Shown here one piece after another: positions 12,807 to 26,921 of a stretch of 64,000 bases of DNA; positions within the stretch are counted from its first letter, which is position 1; the number at the start of each line of letters is the position of its first letter. Origin of the DNA: Octopus bimaculoides (lineage: Eukaryota); contig NC_068990.1 of NCBI RefSeq assembly GCF_001194135.2, forward strand, positions 29,571,209 to 29,635,208. Reading direction: 5' to 3'. The notes under the pieces were generated by a model. The model did no database searches. It was not told the DNA's origin and saw only the letters and a program-made list of their open reading frames with translations. The position numbers and the translations under genes were made by a program.

Positions 12807-14418
12807 TGAGTAGGTTTGTTTATTCATTATAATTGCACACTTGGATGTGTGGTAAGAAGTTTGCTTCCCAACCACATGGCTCCACGTTCAGTCCCACTGT
12901 GTGTCACCTTGGGCAGGTGTCTTCTACTATAACCTTGGGCTATAGTAACGGTTTAGTTACACAAATGTAAACAAACCAACACCAGTTGTCGAATGGTATG
13001 GGACAAACACACACACCCACACTCACACGTGTGTTTGTTTGTATGTATGTATGTATATATATGATGGGTTTTACAAGTTTCCATTTACCAAACCATTTAC
13101 AAGGCTTTGGTGAGCCTGGGGCTAAAGTAAAAGACACTTGCCCTAGATGCCTTGCGCTGAGACTGAACTCAAAACCACACGGTTAGCAAGTAAGCTCCTT
13201 AACCACACAGCCACAATATTCCTCACAATCCCCCACTGCTCCAGTTAATTTCTGATGGTAGCAATACCATTCTGCAGATGGTATTTCTCTCAAGTGGGAA
13301 TCATTCACCTGTTTTGGCCCAGATATTAAAAAGGTTGAGGAACATTGATCTAAGTTATTCTGTTAGCCATCACAACAGATATCTTGGTGATCTAATTAAA
13401 TAGTTACTGACACTGTCTTTTGTGGGGTTTTTTTAAAGCTATCAGTAATTAAATTTTACTAATTAAAATTTCTTCCTGATTAAAATTATGCCATTTAAAA
13501 GAATAAAAACATATTTATGAATAAAAGATTGCATGTATGTATACATGCATACCTACCTATATTGTTTGAACAGCGATTAATTAAATTTAAATAATTAACA
13601 TTAACCATTTGTATGATGTTGTATTGACATCACTGTATCATCATCATAATTGTTTTTACGTCTACTTTTCCATGCCTGCATGCATCAGATGAGAACGTAT
13701 TGGAGCAGAGTTTTCTATGGCTGGATGCCCTTCCTGTCCTCGACTCAACTGTTTCCAATCAAGGTGATAATATGTCAGTGTATAAAACTACAAACCACCT
13801 GGACAGGACATGCTTATGTGGAGAACAGGAATCAAGCGATACTGGAATGAGCTTTTCCTGTTTACAGAGAGGGTGCAACTTGTTAAGTCAAATCAAGAAG
13901 TCTGGACATGTCTTTATTGTGCACTGCAAGTAAATGGCATTGTTTGCCAAGCCATGGTTTATAAACCTGTGCGACACATACAGATTAGAGAAATATAAAC
14001 TCACTCTTGCGAACACACACGCAGACTACAGACTTGGTCACCTAGGTAGCAGAAGCTATTAACTTGTGCAAGGTTCAATGACATTGAGTTGGAACAAAAA
14101 AAAAAGGAGATAAAAAGCCCTGGTGATGGTGCCACATAAAAAGCAGTGGTGCTACAAAGAAAGCAGTGCTGATGGTGCCATGTAAAAAGTACCCAGCTCA
14201 CTCTGTAAAGTGGTTCGTATTAGGACGGGCACCCAGCCATAGAAATCAAACCTAAACAGACAATTCGAACCTGGTGCAGCTCTCTGGGATGCCAGCTCTA
14301 ACCATCCAACCCATGCCAGCATGGAAAACAGACATTAAATGATGAGATAGGTTAGGGTTGGTTGGTTGTGAAGAGATAAGAATCTTCTGATTGGAAAATT
14401 TAATACTTTAGTATTTAA

Positions 14419-14636
14419 CCCTTTCGTTACCAACCCAGCTGAAACCATCTCTGGCTCTGAGTACAAATGTCTTGTTTTCATAAGTTTTCAATTAAAATCT
14501 TCCACCAAACCTTAGTCACAATTTGTTCCTAACACTAGCTTAATGATAATTAAGTCATTTTACTTAATTCTTTGTTATATTTAGAATAATTGAAAGAAAC
14601 ACAGAGCATCTCAACAGAAATATGGTAACAAAAGGG
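14419..14636. mobile_element. piggyBac-like MITE
   Basis: TTAA-CCCTTTCGTTACC...GGTAACAAAAGGG-TTAA; truncated copy at ~15715-15893. Confidence 0.75.
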
Positions 14637-16211
14637 TTAAACCAGCTAGATCCAACTTCTCACACCTGCCCTACAATGTCATCCTAAAAATAATCACATT
14701 TAAATCTCAAAACAATGTGAATAAATAAGCTTCACACTTGACAGGGTAATCTGAATGTGAATGATTTAAGGGTCAATTGTTGATAGCCTGGCACTGGACT
14801 TGGCTGTATGAGAAGATATAGGTGAAAACAGTAAACACCTTACACATCTGGGTTCAAATCTTCATTTGAGTGTGGAGTTGCTGACAAGGAACCACACTCC
14901 TGTTTGTCCATCCTTCTCATCATCATCATATGTCCATTTTTCCATGCTGGCATGGGTTGGATAGGTTAATAGGAGCTGGTAAGCCAGAGAGCTGCACCAG
15001 GCTCCATTGTCTGTTTTTGGTATGGTTTCTACAGCTGGATGCCCTTCCTAACACCAACCACTTTACAGAGTGTACTGGGTGCTTTTTAGGTGGCACCAGC
15101 ATAGGTGCTTTTTATGTGGTACATTTCAGTGTATTAAAAAGCAAAAAAAAAAAAATTTAATCCTGTGAAATATTCAGTTGTTCTGTCCTTTTGTGATATT
15201 ATTATCAACAATGTTGTATGAAAATATAACATCAACATTTATCTTACTGATAGTAATTTCTTTCCTAAATTCCATCAGTTTGCAAAGACATCTGCTATCT
15301 TGATCAGTATTTCAACTTTGGACACAAATTAAAGATAATTATTCTACCAAGTATCAAAGTTCATTTCTGTGTACAAAAACTGTTCTGTGTACAAAAACTT
15401 AAATTTTATTTGTGATGCAGACATAGGTGTGTGATTAAGAAGTTTGCTTTGCAAACATTTGGATTCAGATTCAGCCCCCACCATGGGACACTTTGGGCAG
15501 GATGTTCTTTTACCATGGCCTGATTGACAAAAGCCTGGCACATGGATTTTGGTAGACCAAAGCTGAAAGAAGCCCATCGTAATATAAAATTGTTAGTCTG
15601 TATGTATGCATCATCACTATTGTTATCATTATCCTTTAATGTCCGTTTTCCATGCTGGATGGATATACATATGTGTATATATGTATATATAGTAGTGTAC
15701 AGTATATATATATAGTACAAATGTCTTGTTTTCAAAAGGTCTGTATTAAAATCTTCCACCGAACCTTAGTCACAATTTATGTTCCTGACACTGGCTTAAT
15801 GATAACAAAGTTATTTTACTAAATTCTTTGTTATATTTAAAATTAATTGAAAGAAACACAAAGCATCTCAAAATAAATACAGTAACAAAAGGGTTAAAGT
15901 CACCATGATATTTTGAAGCTTACCACCAACAACTGATGTGGCCCATTTGAAATGCTCCTGCACAGTTTCCATCTTCAGTTTCATTGACAGAACTGGGGTC
16001 AACCTGCTGTTGTAATAGAAGACATTAGCCAAAGGTGCCTTACATTGGTATTGAACTTGTAGCTGTGACTGTAAAGCAAACTCATTAACCCCACAGCCAT
16101 GCCTGTGATTTTTAATTAATCAACCTTGATCAAGTGCTTCTTAACCTAACATTGTTTTAAATCTCTGAAATTACATGTCCGTACAAGAGTCCAGCACATT
16201 GCTCTTTTTAA

Positions 16212-16242
<31 letters not shown>

Positions 16243-16489
16243 TTTTACCTTTCTCTATTTGTTTCAGTAATTAAACTACGACTATGCTGGGGCATTGCCT
16301 TGAAGACTTTTTAGTCAAACAAATTGATCCCAGGACTTTTTTTTAAAGCCTGGTACTTTATCGATTTCTTTCTTGCTGAACCACTAAATTATGGAGACAT
16401 AAACAAACCAACACCAGTTGTCAAGCACAGGCTGGAGATAAACAAAGACACACAGTCATATATATATATATTCTTTTATTCTTTTACTT

Positions 16490-16825
16490 ATTTCAGTCAT
16501 TTGACTATGGCCATGCTGGAGCACTGCCTTTTTAGTGAAACAAATCGACCCCAGAACTTATTCTTTATAAGCCTAGTACTTATTCTATCGGCCTCTTTTT
16601 GCTGAACCACTAAGTTATGGGGACATAAGCACACCAACACCGGCTGTCAAGCGATGGTGGGGGGGACAAACATAGACACATAAACACACACACACGTACA
16701 CACACACATACAACGGGCTTCTTTCAGTTTCCGTCTACCAAATCCACTCACAAGGCTTTGGTCGGCCCGAGGCTATAGTAGAAGACACTTGCCCAAGGTG
16801 CCACACAGTGAGACTGAACCCAGAA
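16490..16825 (-). mobile_element. tRNA-derived SINE family C with CORE-like domain, representative copy
   Basis: Sense reads gctgtgtggtaagaagcttgcttcccaaccacatggttc...caccttgggcaagtgtcttctactatagcc; copies at ~1515, 12838, 15415, 42170(-), 42480(-), 52500(-), 56860(-). Confidence 0.78.
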
Positions 16826-17497
16826 CCATGTGGTTGCTGAACCACTAAGTTACGGGGACGTAAACACACCAACATCAGTTGTCAAGCGATAGTGGGGGGG
16901 ACAAACAAGACACATAAACACTCTCTCACACACACACACACACGATGGGCTTCTTTCAGTTTCTGTCTCCCAAATTCACTCACAAGGCTATAGAAGACAG
17001 CAAGGTTCCACATGGTGTGACTGAACCCAGGACCATGTGGTTGGGAAGCGAACTTCTTATTTCGTTATTGCCCACAAGGGGCTAAACATAGAGGGGACAA
17101 ACAAGGACAGACAAAGGGATTAAGTCGATTACATCAACCCAGTGCGTAACTGGTACTTAATTTATCGACCCCGAAAGGATGAAAGGCAAAGTCGACCTCG
17201 GCAGAATTTGAACTCAGAACGTAAAGGCAGACGAAATACCACTAAGCATTTCACTTCTTACCACACAGCCTCACCTGTGCCTTGTATGTACTTTCTGAAA
17301 TTTTAAAAGATGAAAAGCTCACAAAGATGCAGTGAACCCTGTAGTGATGCAGGGTCTCTTTTCTGCAGAATTGGGGGCTGATGGGAAATATTATGGTTTT
17401 GCTTTCGCTTCTTTAACAAGCAAGGAAATGTTCACCCATGGGTTATGCAGATTTGTACTGGGGTGGTTCTACTGATTGATCCACTTCTCTCTCTCTT

Positions 17498-17548
<51 letters not shown>

Positions 17549-19140
17549 TTCTCTCCTTTCCTACTCGCCCTTTCTATCGCCTCTCATTCACTCTCTCTGT
17601 CACTCTCTCCCTTTTCAATAGAGATTTGACAATTAATAAGCCAACGTTTTTTTTGTTTGTTTTTTTTTTACTCTGCTTCAAGTAAATTATTTAAGAAAAT
17701 AGGGTTTAGGGGTTAGCATTGCACAACACCCTCCTCCAATCTGTCTCTTTCTGTCACAAGCACATTCCCCCTTCTCTCTCTCTCTCCCCTTCTCTCTCTT
17801 TCTCTCTTATCTCTAATTATCTCCAGTGTTCTTCCTATTGCTGCCTCAGTGTCATCTGACTCAGTCTCTACAAGCTGAGATCAATTCTGATTAGTTGCTA
17901 AGCTGACAATGTTTTGAGGGTGGTGGTGGTGGTGGTGACGGCAGCAGCTGTGGTGTTTTGTCATAGCATTAGTATGATCATTAGCTATGTGTATGTGTGC
18001 ATGTATCTATATCTCACATCTACTTCCTTATAAGTGTGTGTGTGTGCATACTTGTGTCTGTGTGTGAGAGAGAGAGAGAAGGAGAAAGAAAGAAAGAGAA
18101 TTAGACTTAGTGAAAGGAAATAAGTATTGATAATAAACAAAAGTCGTAAACAACAACAGCAGAAGAAGAAGAACGGTAAAAAAAATTATAAACAAATCCA
18201 ACCACTTCCACCCACGTCCCACATTTTTGACCTTGATGGGGGTGAGAGGTTCGGATGTTGTTAGATACACTGCACAGAGCATTCCTGTCCATGTTTTTAC
18301 TAAAAACACTTCCACAGTTACAAATGAAATACACACACACACAATGTGTGTGTGCGTGTGTGTGTGTGTGTGTGTGTGCCACTCCCAAAATGTTTGTATG
18401 TCGAGTTTCATTTCTGTGAAAAAGTTTCTTTAAATTTCAGAGAAAAAAAGGCTTCCGCAGAGTTGTTAAAGTAATGTGATTGTTTTTCGAAGTAGTGAAT
18501 AGGTTAAAAGATGGAAATGGGAAGTAGATGAACTGACGGCAGTGGATAAGACTTGTATGAGAGTGAAGGGGGGGGGGAGTCGGTTGGTAGGTGTAAGAGG
18601 CTATGTGAGGTATGAATTAGTCAGGGGAAAAATTGGTTGATGTAATTGTGTGGTGGGAAGAAGAGATGGCTGCATAGCAAGAGTTACCAAAGTTTTATTT
18701 ACTTGTGTCTGTGTCTGGTAAACATTCCAAACAGTTTAATTCTATAAACTGATCCTTCAATAAAGCGTGTATATTGCCCTCTACTTCCTAAAGTGTGAAT
18801 ACGTTGTCTTCTATTTAATAATTACGCAAGGTGGTAGGTGTTTCACATAACTGAGGACAAAACAAGGAAAAATTGAGAAGCGAAGCAAAAAAATAAAATC
18901 ATATTTAAAAAAAAAAACACAACACATCTTTAACTAGACATCTACGAAACAGGCCATTCAAATATACAGGCCCAGGGGCCTCCATGCTGCCCTTTATATC
19001 CATGAGCATCTCCCAACAAGTCTTTGGCACTCTGTGGCTGCTAACAAAATCTCTCCCTCCTGCTCTGTCCCAATTATCCACCCACCCACCATGTTGCAGA
19101 GTTTTCATTTTCATATCAGGAGAGAGCTACAAAGCCACAT

Positions 19141-19258
19141 TGTTGCCAGTCACATGATCATGTTTGTTGCCAGTCACATGATCGTGTTTGTTGCCAGTCA
19201 CATGATCGTGTTTGTTGCCAGTCACATGATCATGTTTGTTGCCTGTCATATGATCATG
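19141..19258. repeat. 24-bp minisatellite, ~5 copies
   Basis: (tgttgccagtcacatgatc[a/g]tgtt)n. Confidence 0.9.
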
Positions 19259-21067
19259 CAGATCTGATTTTTGCTGAATAGGAACTGCCCTTTCTTCATT
19301 ACAAAACTTGATATTTTCATCTACCACATGTCTGTTAGTGGACTGTGCCACCCTGAGCTATTTGGGGGATAAACCCTAATGATCCACTGGGGTTGTCACT
19401 GATGACGTCCTGGCCCCACATTATGAATTTGGATGACCATTGACAGTGTTACTCTCTATATGATGCTGGTGACACAGCATCACTCGTGACCTCCATCTCT
19501 TTCTTGACTCTCAGCACAACACTAACAGTCACTGAGTCACCGTGATTGGCAGTCAGTCATAAGTACCACATGACTTTCCATTTGTCATGTCTCATTAGAC
19601 TCTGCCATATTGGTGCTGCCCATCCCTCTGTGTCTATGTTTGTATACTTGTGTGTGTGTGTGTGTCCCTCTCCCCTCGTTTTCTCCCACCCCCCTCACCC
19701 CACATACACCTATTCATAAAACCCATTCATGTCTGTCTTTCTTGCACTATATACACATTTACATACTATCTATCACTTCAATACATCATTCAAAAGATGG
19801 CCAAAATACCACCTGGATTTACCTGGGATTTTAACTAAGGACCTGTACCTTCATGGAAGTACCGACCAACATCCATATCCTCTGAAAAAAGATGAGTTGT
19901 AAACTATTATTCTCCTGCCTATATTCTACCTTCACTCTTTATTCTTCTATCTTATTTTTTATAAACTGTGAATATATTTTATTCCTTGTAAACTGTAAAT
20001 TTTCCCTGTCTAAAATATTCATACCTTGTCTCTGATGATGGAATCCTCAGTCACCAACCTACCACTTGGGTTGGTGGCACGTAAAAAGCACCATCCAATC
20101 GTGGTCGATGCCAGGTCGTCTGGCCCCTGTGCCAGTGGCACGTAAAAAGCACCCACTACACTCTCAGAGTGGTTGGCGTTAGGAAGGGCATTCTGCTGTA
20201 GAAACACTGTGAGATCAGATTGGGGCCAGTGCAGCCTCCTGGCTTCCCAGGTCCCAATCAAACTGTTCAAACCCATGCCAGCATGGAAAACGGATGTTAA
20301 ACAATGATGATGATGTGTGTGTGTGTGTGTGTATTGTTGTACTTGGGGATGGTCATATTGCCAGTTTAGCCAATAAAAACACGCGCACTGTATATTTGGT
20401 GTTAATTTGCTTCAGCTTTATATTACATTAATCTTAATCTTATTTCGGCCAGAGTTCTTTCGTCACACTTCTGTGATCTCATCTGTGGTCCTTTGTTTCC
20501 TTCCTTCTTATGTGTGTCTCACCTTGCTAAGTCATCATCATTATCATCATCTTTAATGCGCATTTTTCTATGCTTGCATGAGTCAGACAGAATTCATTGA
20601 AGTAGATTTGCTACAGCCAGATACCCTTCCTTTTGCCAACCCTCACCTGTTTCCAAGCTAGGTAATATCCCCCAACTCCACCCCCATGGCCAGACAACCA
20701 GTGGTTAGGGCAACAGACTCGCGGTCGTGGGATCACGGTTTTGATTCCCAGACCGAGTGTTGTGAATGTTTATTGAGCGAAAACACCAAGCTGCCCGAGG
20801 CTCCGGCATGGGACGGTGGCAAACCCTGCTGTACTCTTTCACCACAACTTTCTCTCACTCTTTCTTCCTGTTTCTCTTGTCTAAATATTCCACCTGTTTT
20901 ATGGTCACACCAGCCAGATCCAGCCCCTCACACCTACCCTACAATGTCATTCTAAAAATAAATCTCAGAGCCATGAAATAATTCATGATTCATTCAAAAC
21001 AATAAGAATGAATAAGCATTACATTTGACTGAGTATTTTACTAATTTTTCTTAATCTTCCGCTGCAG

Positions 21068-21192
21068 ATTGTTGTTCCAGCTCTCCCCAGAAAAGCATGG
21101 GAAAGGCAGTTACCATTCCGTGCAGATGATGGTATTTTTGAATCGGATTTTATTGAAGAAAGAAGAGAAGGCCTAGAATCATTCATAAACAA
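21068..21192 (+). CDS. SNX3: Sorting nexin 3/12, internal coding exon (equivalent to exon 3)
   Basis: ctgcag|ATT...AA|gtaaga; 125 nt, phase 0/2; encodes IVVPALPRKAWERQLPFRADDGIFESDFIEERREGLESFIN(K). Confidence 0.97.
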
Positions 21193-21626
21193 GTAAGAAT
21201 ATTCATCTCTTTTCTTTCTTCTTTCTTTTTTTTTTTTCTTAGTTGTATGCCACATTTAAGTTATATGCAGCATATTGTCAACATCATTTTCTGTGGCCTT
21301 GTCCATATTTTCCTGTCATCATGAATTGGTTGAGCCTGCAATAATATTATCTCATGCCTTTTATCAGCATCAGTTTTCATCATCACTGCTTTAACATCCA
21401 CTTTTCCATGCCTGCATGGGTCGGATGGAAATCATATTGAGGTAGATTTTCTACAGCTGGTGGCCCTTCCTATTGGCAACCCTTACCTCTTCCCAAGAAA
21501 ATATTTCCCCATGGCCAGACATGTTGTAGAATATTGGAAAGGAATGAGGATTCTGCTTATAGGACAGTGGCAACCATTTACAACTACTACACTGTGAAGG
21601 CAAACAAACAAACAAACACATATGTT

Positions 21627-21629
<3 letters not shown>

Positions 21630-21708
<79 letters not shown>
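21630..21708. repeat. (TG)n microsatellite (one of many; also (CA)n 28599-28683, (CT)n 17485-17547, (TAT)n 26864-26919)
   Basis: Direct inspection. Confidence 0.95.
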
Positions 21709-21712
<4 letters not shown>

Positions 21713-24216
21713 AATCCAAAAAAAAGCAAAGAACAAATACAAAAACACAACACCATAAGGATGTGGTACAAGTAAAGTATTAGCAAACATTCAAGGAAGG
21801 AAAGAAAGGTGGTTTTACGTTTCGAGCAAAGCTCTTCTTCAGAAACAGGAGACGGAGGAAAGTCTAATAGAGAAGGATGACGGAGGAAAAAAAATTGCCA
21901 ACGATTCACATGTGGTTACATTTTGAAATGACCAGAAGGGAATATCATCATCATCATCATCATCGTTTAATGTCTACTTTCCATGCTGGCATGGGTTGGA
22001 CGGTTTGACTGAGGACTGGTGAGCCAGAAGGCTGCACCAGGTTCCAATCTGATCTGGCAAAGTTTCTACAGCTGAATGCCCTTCGTAATGCCAACTATTC
22101 TGAGAGTGTAGTGGGTCCTTTTACGTGCCACCAGAACGAGGGCCAGTCAGGCAGTACTGGCATCAACCACACTCAAATGTTATTTTTCACATGCCACCGG
22201 CACGTGTGCTGGTAAGGCGACACTGGCAACAATCACACTCAAATGGTGCTTTTTACGTGCCACTGGCACAGGAGCCAATCCATGGCCCTGGCAATGATCA
22301 TGCTCAGATGTGCTTTTAACATTCCACTGGCACNNNNNNNNNNTATATATATATATATATATATGAATTAAATATTTCCTTCTCAAGGCATGCCAGGTTC
22401 ATGAGGGCCAGTTTCCTGGCTTCAGTGTCGTATAAATTCCCCCACCTGGATGGGACGCCAGTCCAGTCACAGGATGACTCACTTTTACCTGGTGAGTGGA
22501 CTGCAGCAACATGAAATGAAGTATTTTGCTCAAGGACACAACACATCACCTGGTCCAGGAATCCAAGCCCCTAACCACTAAGCGACATACCTCCATCTCA
22601 TCATCATCATTTAACGTCTGTTGTCCATGCTGGCATGTTGGAAGGCTGCACCAGGATCCAGTGAATTTGGCATGGTTTTCTACAGCTGGGTGCCCTTTCT
22701 AATGCCAACCACTCCGAGAGTGTAATGGGTGCTTTTACATACCACCAGCACGAGTGCCATTTGCGTGACACTGGTATCTGCTATGAGTGCGATTTTGCTT
22801 GGCTTGATGGGTCTTCTTCTCAAGCACGACATAATGCCAAAGGTCCCAGTCATTGCCTCCGTAAGGCCCATCCCATGGCACGTAAATAGCACCCACTACA
22901 CTCTCAGAATGGTTGGCATTAGGAAGGGCATCCAGCTGTAGAAGAAACCTTCCCAAATCAGATTGGAGCTTGGTGCAGCCTCCTGGCTTCCCAGTCCTCA
23001 GTCAAACCATCCAACCCATGCCAGCATGGAAAACGGCAATCCCACCCATGCTTGCATGGAAGGTGGACGTTAAACGATGATGATGATGATATAAATATTA
23101 TTTGTATGAATGTCCATCTGACCCATGCAAGCATGGATAAGTAGACATTAGATTATGATGATGATGGTGATTATAGAAAGAGCTTTTGGCCTGTCTGTTT
23201 CCATGTGCAAACATCACGATAGTCTTTTATAAACCACAAATCTTTTGAAAAACTGGAATCAGTCTTTTATAGATGGTTTGGAGACTGTTTGTGTACCACT
23301 ACTTTTGTAATGGTTTTTATCTTATATGTTTCCTATTCGGAAATAGATAATAAATATATTTTACTTTTGAAGTAGGAATCTATATTGATAAAGATGTCAC
23401 TTATAACTTACTTATAAGTGTTATCATTATACGTAAATCCTGACTCCAGCTACATAAACGCCATAGCAAGAAATATATACTCTGAAATGCTAACAGACAT
23501 TTTATGCGTGCATGTATGTTGAAGATAAATAAATTTGTGTTCTTTTAACTGCTATAAAAAAATACAGTTTCATAATTGCAGAAATAAATTTCATTAACAA
23601 GTTGAAGAATGTGAAGAAAGAGAAAATAATTACTACATTAGTTTATTTATGTACATTTAGCATTTATAATACAATTGGAAAGTAAAGTCATTTTGTCATA
23701 GAAAATTACAACTTAAAATTCACACTAAGCTAATCCTTCATACTAACTATTAGAGTTCACAACAATTCAAATAAGTCTTGTTGGATTTAGGTCATAGACA
23801 TGGCATAAAAAATAGCCAATATCTCAAGGAGTGAATGTTGTGGAGTTTAGTAACATCCTACAAACACTGAGTAATTTCCCCAAAAAATCAGCAGTTTTTA
23901 TAACTGCTCATATCTGAATTCTAAGAACTGTATTTCGTGAAAGAATTCTTTGACAAAAGTTTAGAATTCGTATATGGGCAGTAATTTTAACCAATGGGAT
24001 TACCAACAATTATGCTTGTTCGGGCAAACGACCATTACGTCATATTGCCACCTTTTTTCACTTGCTACAAGTCTAAAAATATTTTCATTAAAGGTAAACT
24101 AAAGTTTGCTTTACTCAATTTTCTTTCTAATGCCATTTTTGTTGTTTCTTGAAATCAAAACTGATTTACATTCGTAATTTTTTAATTACAAAATTTTTTT
24201 CTTTTGTCTCTTCCAG

Positions 24217-24244
24217 GGTTGCTGGTCATCCATTAGCACAAAAT
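24217..24244 (+). CDS. SNX3: Sorting nexin 3/12, start of last coding exon (runs into N-gap; stop codon not visible)
   Basis: ctcttccag|G GTT GCT GGT CAT CCA TTA GCA CAA AAT = (K)VAGHPLAQN; the phase completes the AA|G codon from the previous exon. Confidence 0.95.
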
Positions 24245-24883
24245 NNNNNNNNNNNNNNNNNNNNNNNNNNNNNNNNNNNNNNNNNNNNNNNNNNNNNNNN
24301 NNNNNNNNNNNNNNNNNNNNNNNNNNNNNNNNNNNNNNNNNNNNNNNNNNNNNNNNNNNNNNNNNNNNNNNNNNNNNNNNNNNNNNNNNNNNNNNNNNNN
24401 NNNNNNNNNNNNNNNNNNNNNNNNNNNNNNNNNNNNNNNNNNNNNNNNNNNNNNNNNNNNNNNNNNNNNNNNNNNNNNNNNNNNNNNNNNNNNNNNNNNN
24501 NNNNNNNNNNNNNNNNNNNNNNNNNNNNNNNNNNNNNNNNNNNNNNNNNNNNNNNNNNNNNNNNNNNNNNNNNNNNNNNNNNNNNNNNNNNNNNNNNNNN
24601 NNNNNNNNNNNNNNNNNNNNNNNNNNNNNNNNNNNNNNNNNNNNNNNNNNNNNNNNNNNNNNNNNNNNNNNNNNNNNNNNNNNNNNNNNNNNNNNNNNNN
24701 NNNNNNNNNNNNNNNNNNNNNNNNNNNNNNNNNNNNNNNNNNNNNNNNNNNNNNNNNNNNNNNNNNNNNNNNNNNNNNNNNNNNNNNNNNNNNNNNNNNN
24801 NNNNNNNNNNNNNNNNNNNNNNNNNNNNNNNNNNNNNNNNNNNNNNNNNNNNNNNNNNNNNNNNNNNNNNNNNNNNNNNNNNN
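24245..24883. other. Assembly gap hiding the end of the SNX3 CDS
   Basis: N run. Confidence 0.99.
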
Positions 24884-24925
<42 letters not shown>

Positions 24926-25789
24926 CAGCTGTTGGGCCACTTTTGATTAATGCTTCGTACTGTTCCCTCAATTTAACAATAATATGATTTTTTTAAATGG
25001 AGATTATTAAAAAAAAATAAAAATTTAGTTATTTACAAAAAAAAATACATTGTTTACATCGACTTATTGTGTTAAATCGTCATCATCACTGTTGTTTGTG
25101 ATTTGTTCTTCAATTTTTCCCAATTATAATATTTTATTTTCTTTAATTATAACAACCAATTTACTATTTACTGTTTTGTAAAATTGTTTCCAGCCTATTT
25201 GCTTTTCTGTTTGACAACAAGATAAATTTTAGTTTCTTCGTTTTAATTTACTCCAGAAATGCTAAATTCGTTCAAGGCGGAAGTATGACTGTGTAGTAAG
25301 AAGTTTGCTTCCAAACCATGCAATTCCAGGTTCAATCCAACCTTGTGAAACTATTATAATTATTCATCATCATCATCATCATCATCATTATTATTATTAG
25401 TTTATTAAGGTTGTGAGCTGGCAGAGTCGTCAGCACTCTGGGAAAAATGCTTAGAGACATTTTGTCCGTCTTTACATTCTGAGTTCAAATTCTGCCAAGG
25501 TCTACTTTGTCTTTCATCCTTTTAGGGTTGATAAAATAAGTACCAGTTATACACTGGTCAGTGTAATTGATTTCCCCCTCTCCTATCAAATTTACTGGCT
25601 TTGTGCCAAAATTTGGAACTGTTATTATTAAATGCTGACCATGTGACTGGACGAGAAACCAATCACAAGTATTGCTGGATTTAACTCTCTCGGCACCAAA
25701 ATACAATGGATGGAGACTGCATTCATTCATGAAATAAATATAAGAATCAGCAAAGCCAACCAATCATTCAGTGTGTGGAATATGGAAAT

Positions 25790-26230
25790 CATCGATTCTC
25801 AACAAGAGCACCAAAATAGGGTTCTACAAAAGCAACATACATAGTACTTTCCTCTAGGGATCTGAATGTTGCAAAACAACCAAAAGTAAAGAAAAGAAAT
25901 TGGAAGGGTTTCAAAATAAATGTCTGTGGAAAATTTTGAAGGTCTACTGGCCGAATATGGTCTTGACCAGCCAACTACACACCAAGGCTAACATGAAACC
26001 AATTAGAGAAACTATTGAAGCAAGGAAATGGAAATGGCTGGGTTGAGTTTGTCGCTATAAATCGAACCCAATTGTCAGGATCACAAAGTAAAAGAAGACA
26101 TGGCTGACCAAAGGAAACATGGCGGAGAACAATAACAAAAGATCTTAAAAGCAGAAGGGTTAACAAGAATGTCAAGGATGCTTTCAGTGTTAGAAGGTAG
26201 AATGATCTTGGTGTCACCTCAAGTGCCACA
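25790..26230 (+). mobile_element. RTE-clade LINE fragment (post-RT C-terminal region), decayed
   Basis: KIGFYKSNIHSTFL*GSEC, KLEGFQNKCLWKILKVYWPN, PIRETIEARKWKWLG, PKETWRRTITKDLK. Confidence 0.85.
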
Positions 26231-26454
26231 AGGCACATTGAGAACTGAATTATTATTCAGGTGGTGATCTAGCAGAACCATTAGCATGCCAGACAAAATG
26301 CTTAGCAACATTTTGTCCACCTTTGTGTTCTGGATTCAAATTCTGCCAACGTCAACTTTGCCTTCCATTCTTTCAGGGACAATAAAATGAGAATCACATG
26401 AGCATTGGGGTTGATCTAATCGATTATCATTTCCCCTAAAATTTCAGACCTTGT

Positions 26455-26862
26455 GCCTTCGTTAGCAAAGGCAGAAGTATTGTTTTCAGTGGTGTTTGTT
26501 TGCTTGTCCGTGGACAAGATCTTTCAAGAACCGCTGGATGGATTCGGATGAAACTTTCAGGGATGATTGACCTCATGACTGGCACAAACTGTGCCACACA
26601 GCATTACAAACATAGCCCGCATACCCACCTTCACATTCCATGACAACCACTGGGATTGATCTGGTACTGGACAAGGATTCTGGATTATTTTACCTGTTTT
26701 TTCACTTAATTTTTGAGAGCGGTCGGGTTCTTTCTTTGTATTCTCACTTGTGAGAGCAGTCGAGTTTATTTCAGATATTCTCATTTTAAAAATCATCTCC
26801 AGCTAATCGTTGAGAGGACATTGGTGTTGCCTTGGCGGAGGTTTGCGCTCTCTGAGTGCTCG
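26455..26862 (+). mobile_element. Non-autonomous element resembling Helentron-associated (HINE/DINE-like) repeats
   Basis: 3' end ccttggcggagg plus hairpin gcgctc-tct-gagtgc running into (TAT)n; the 3' part recurs inverted at ~29885-30060. Confidence 0.45.
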
Positions 26863-26865
26863 TTA

Positions 26866-26921
<56 letters not shown>

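Noticed and set aside
19127-19351. ORF with TGNKHDHV repeats as a metal-binding peptide
   Set aside because: It is only the translation of the 24-bp minisatellite, with no splice or start context.
24149-24971. Long ORFs spanning N runs (also 42652-43266, 58935-59564, 29463-29938)
   Set aside because: Artefacts of untranslatable gap sequence; only VAGHPLAQN in the first is real.
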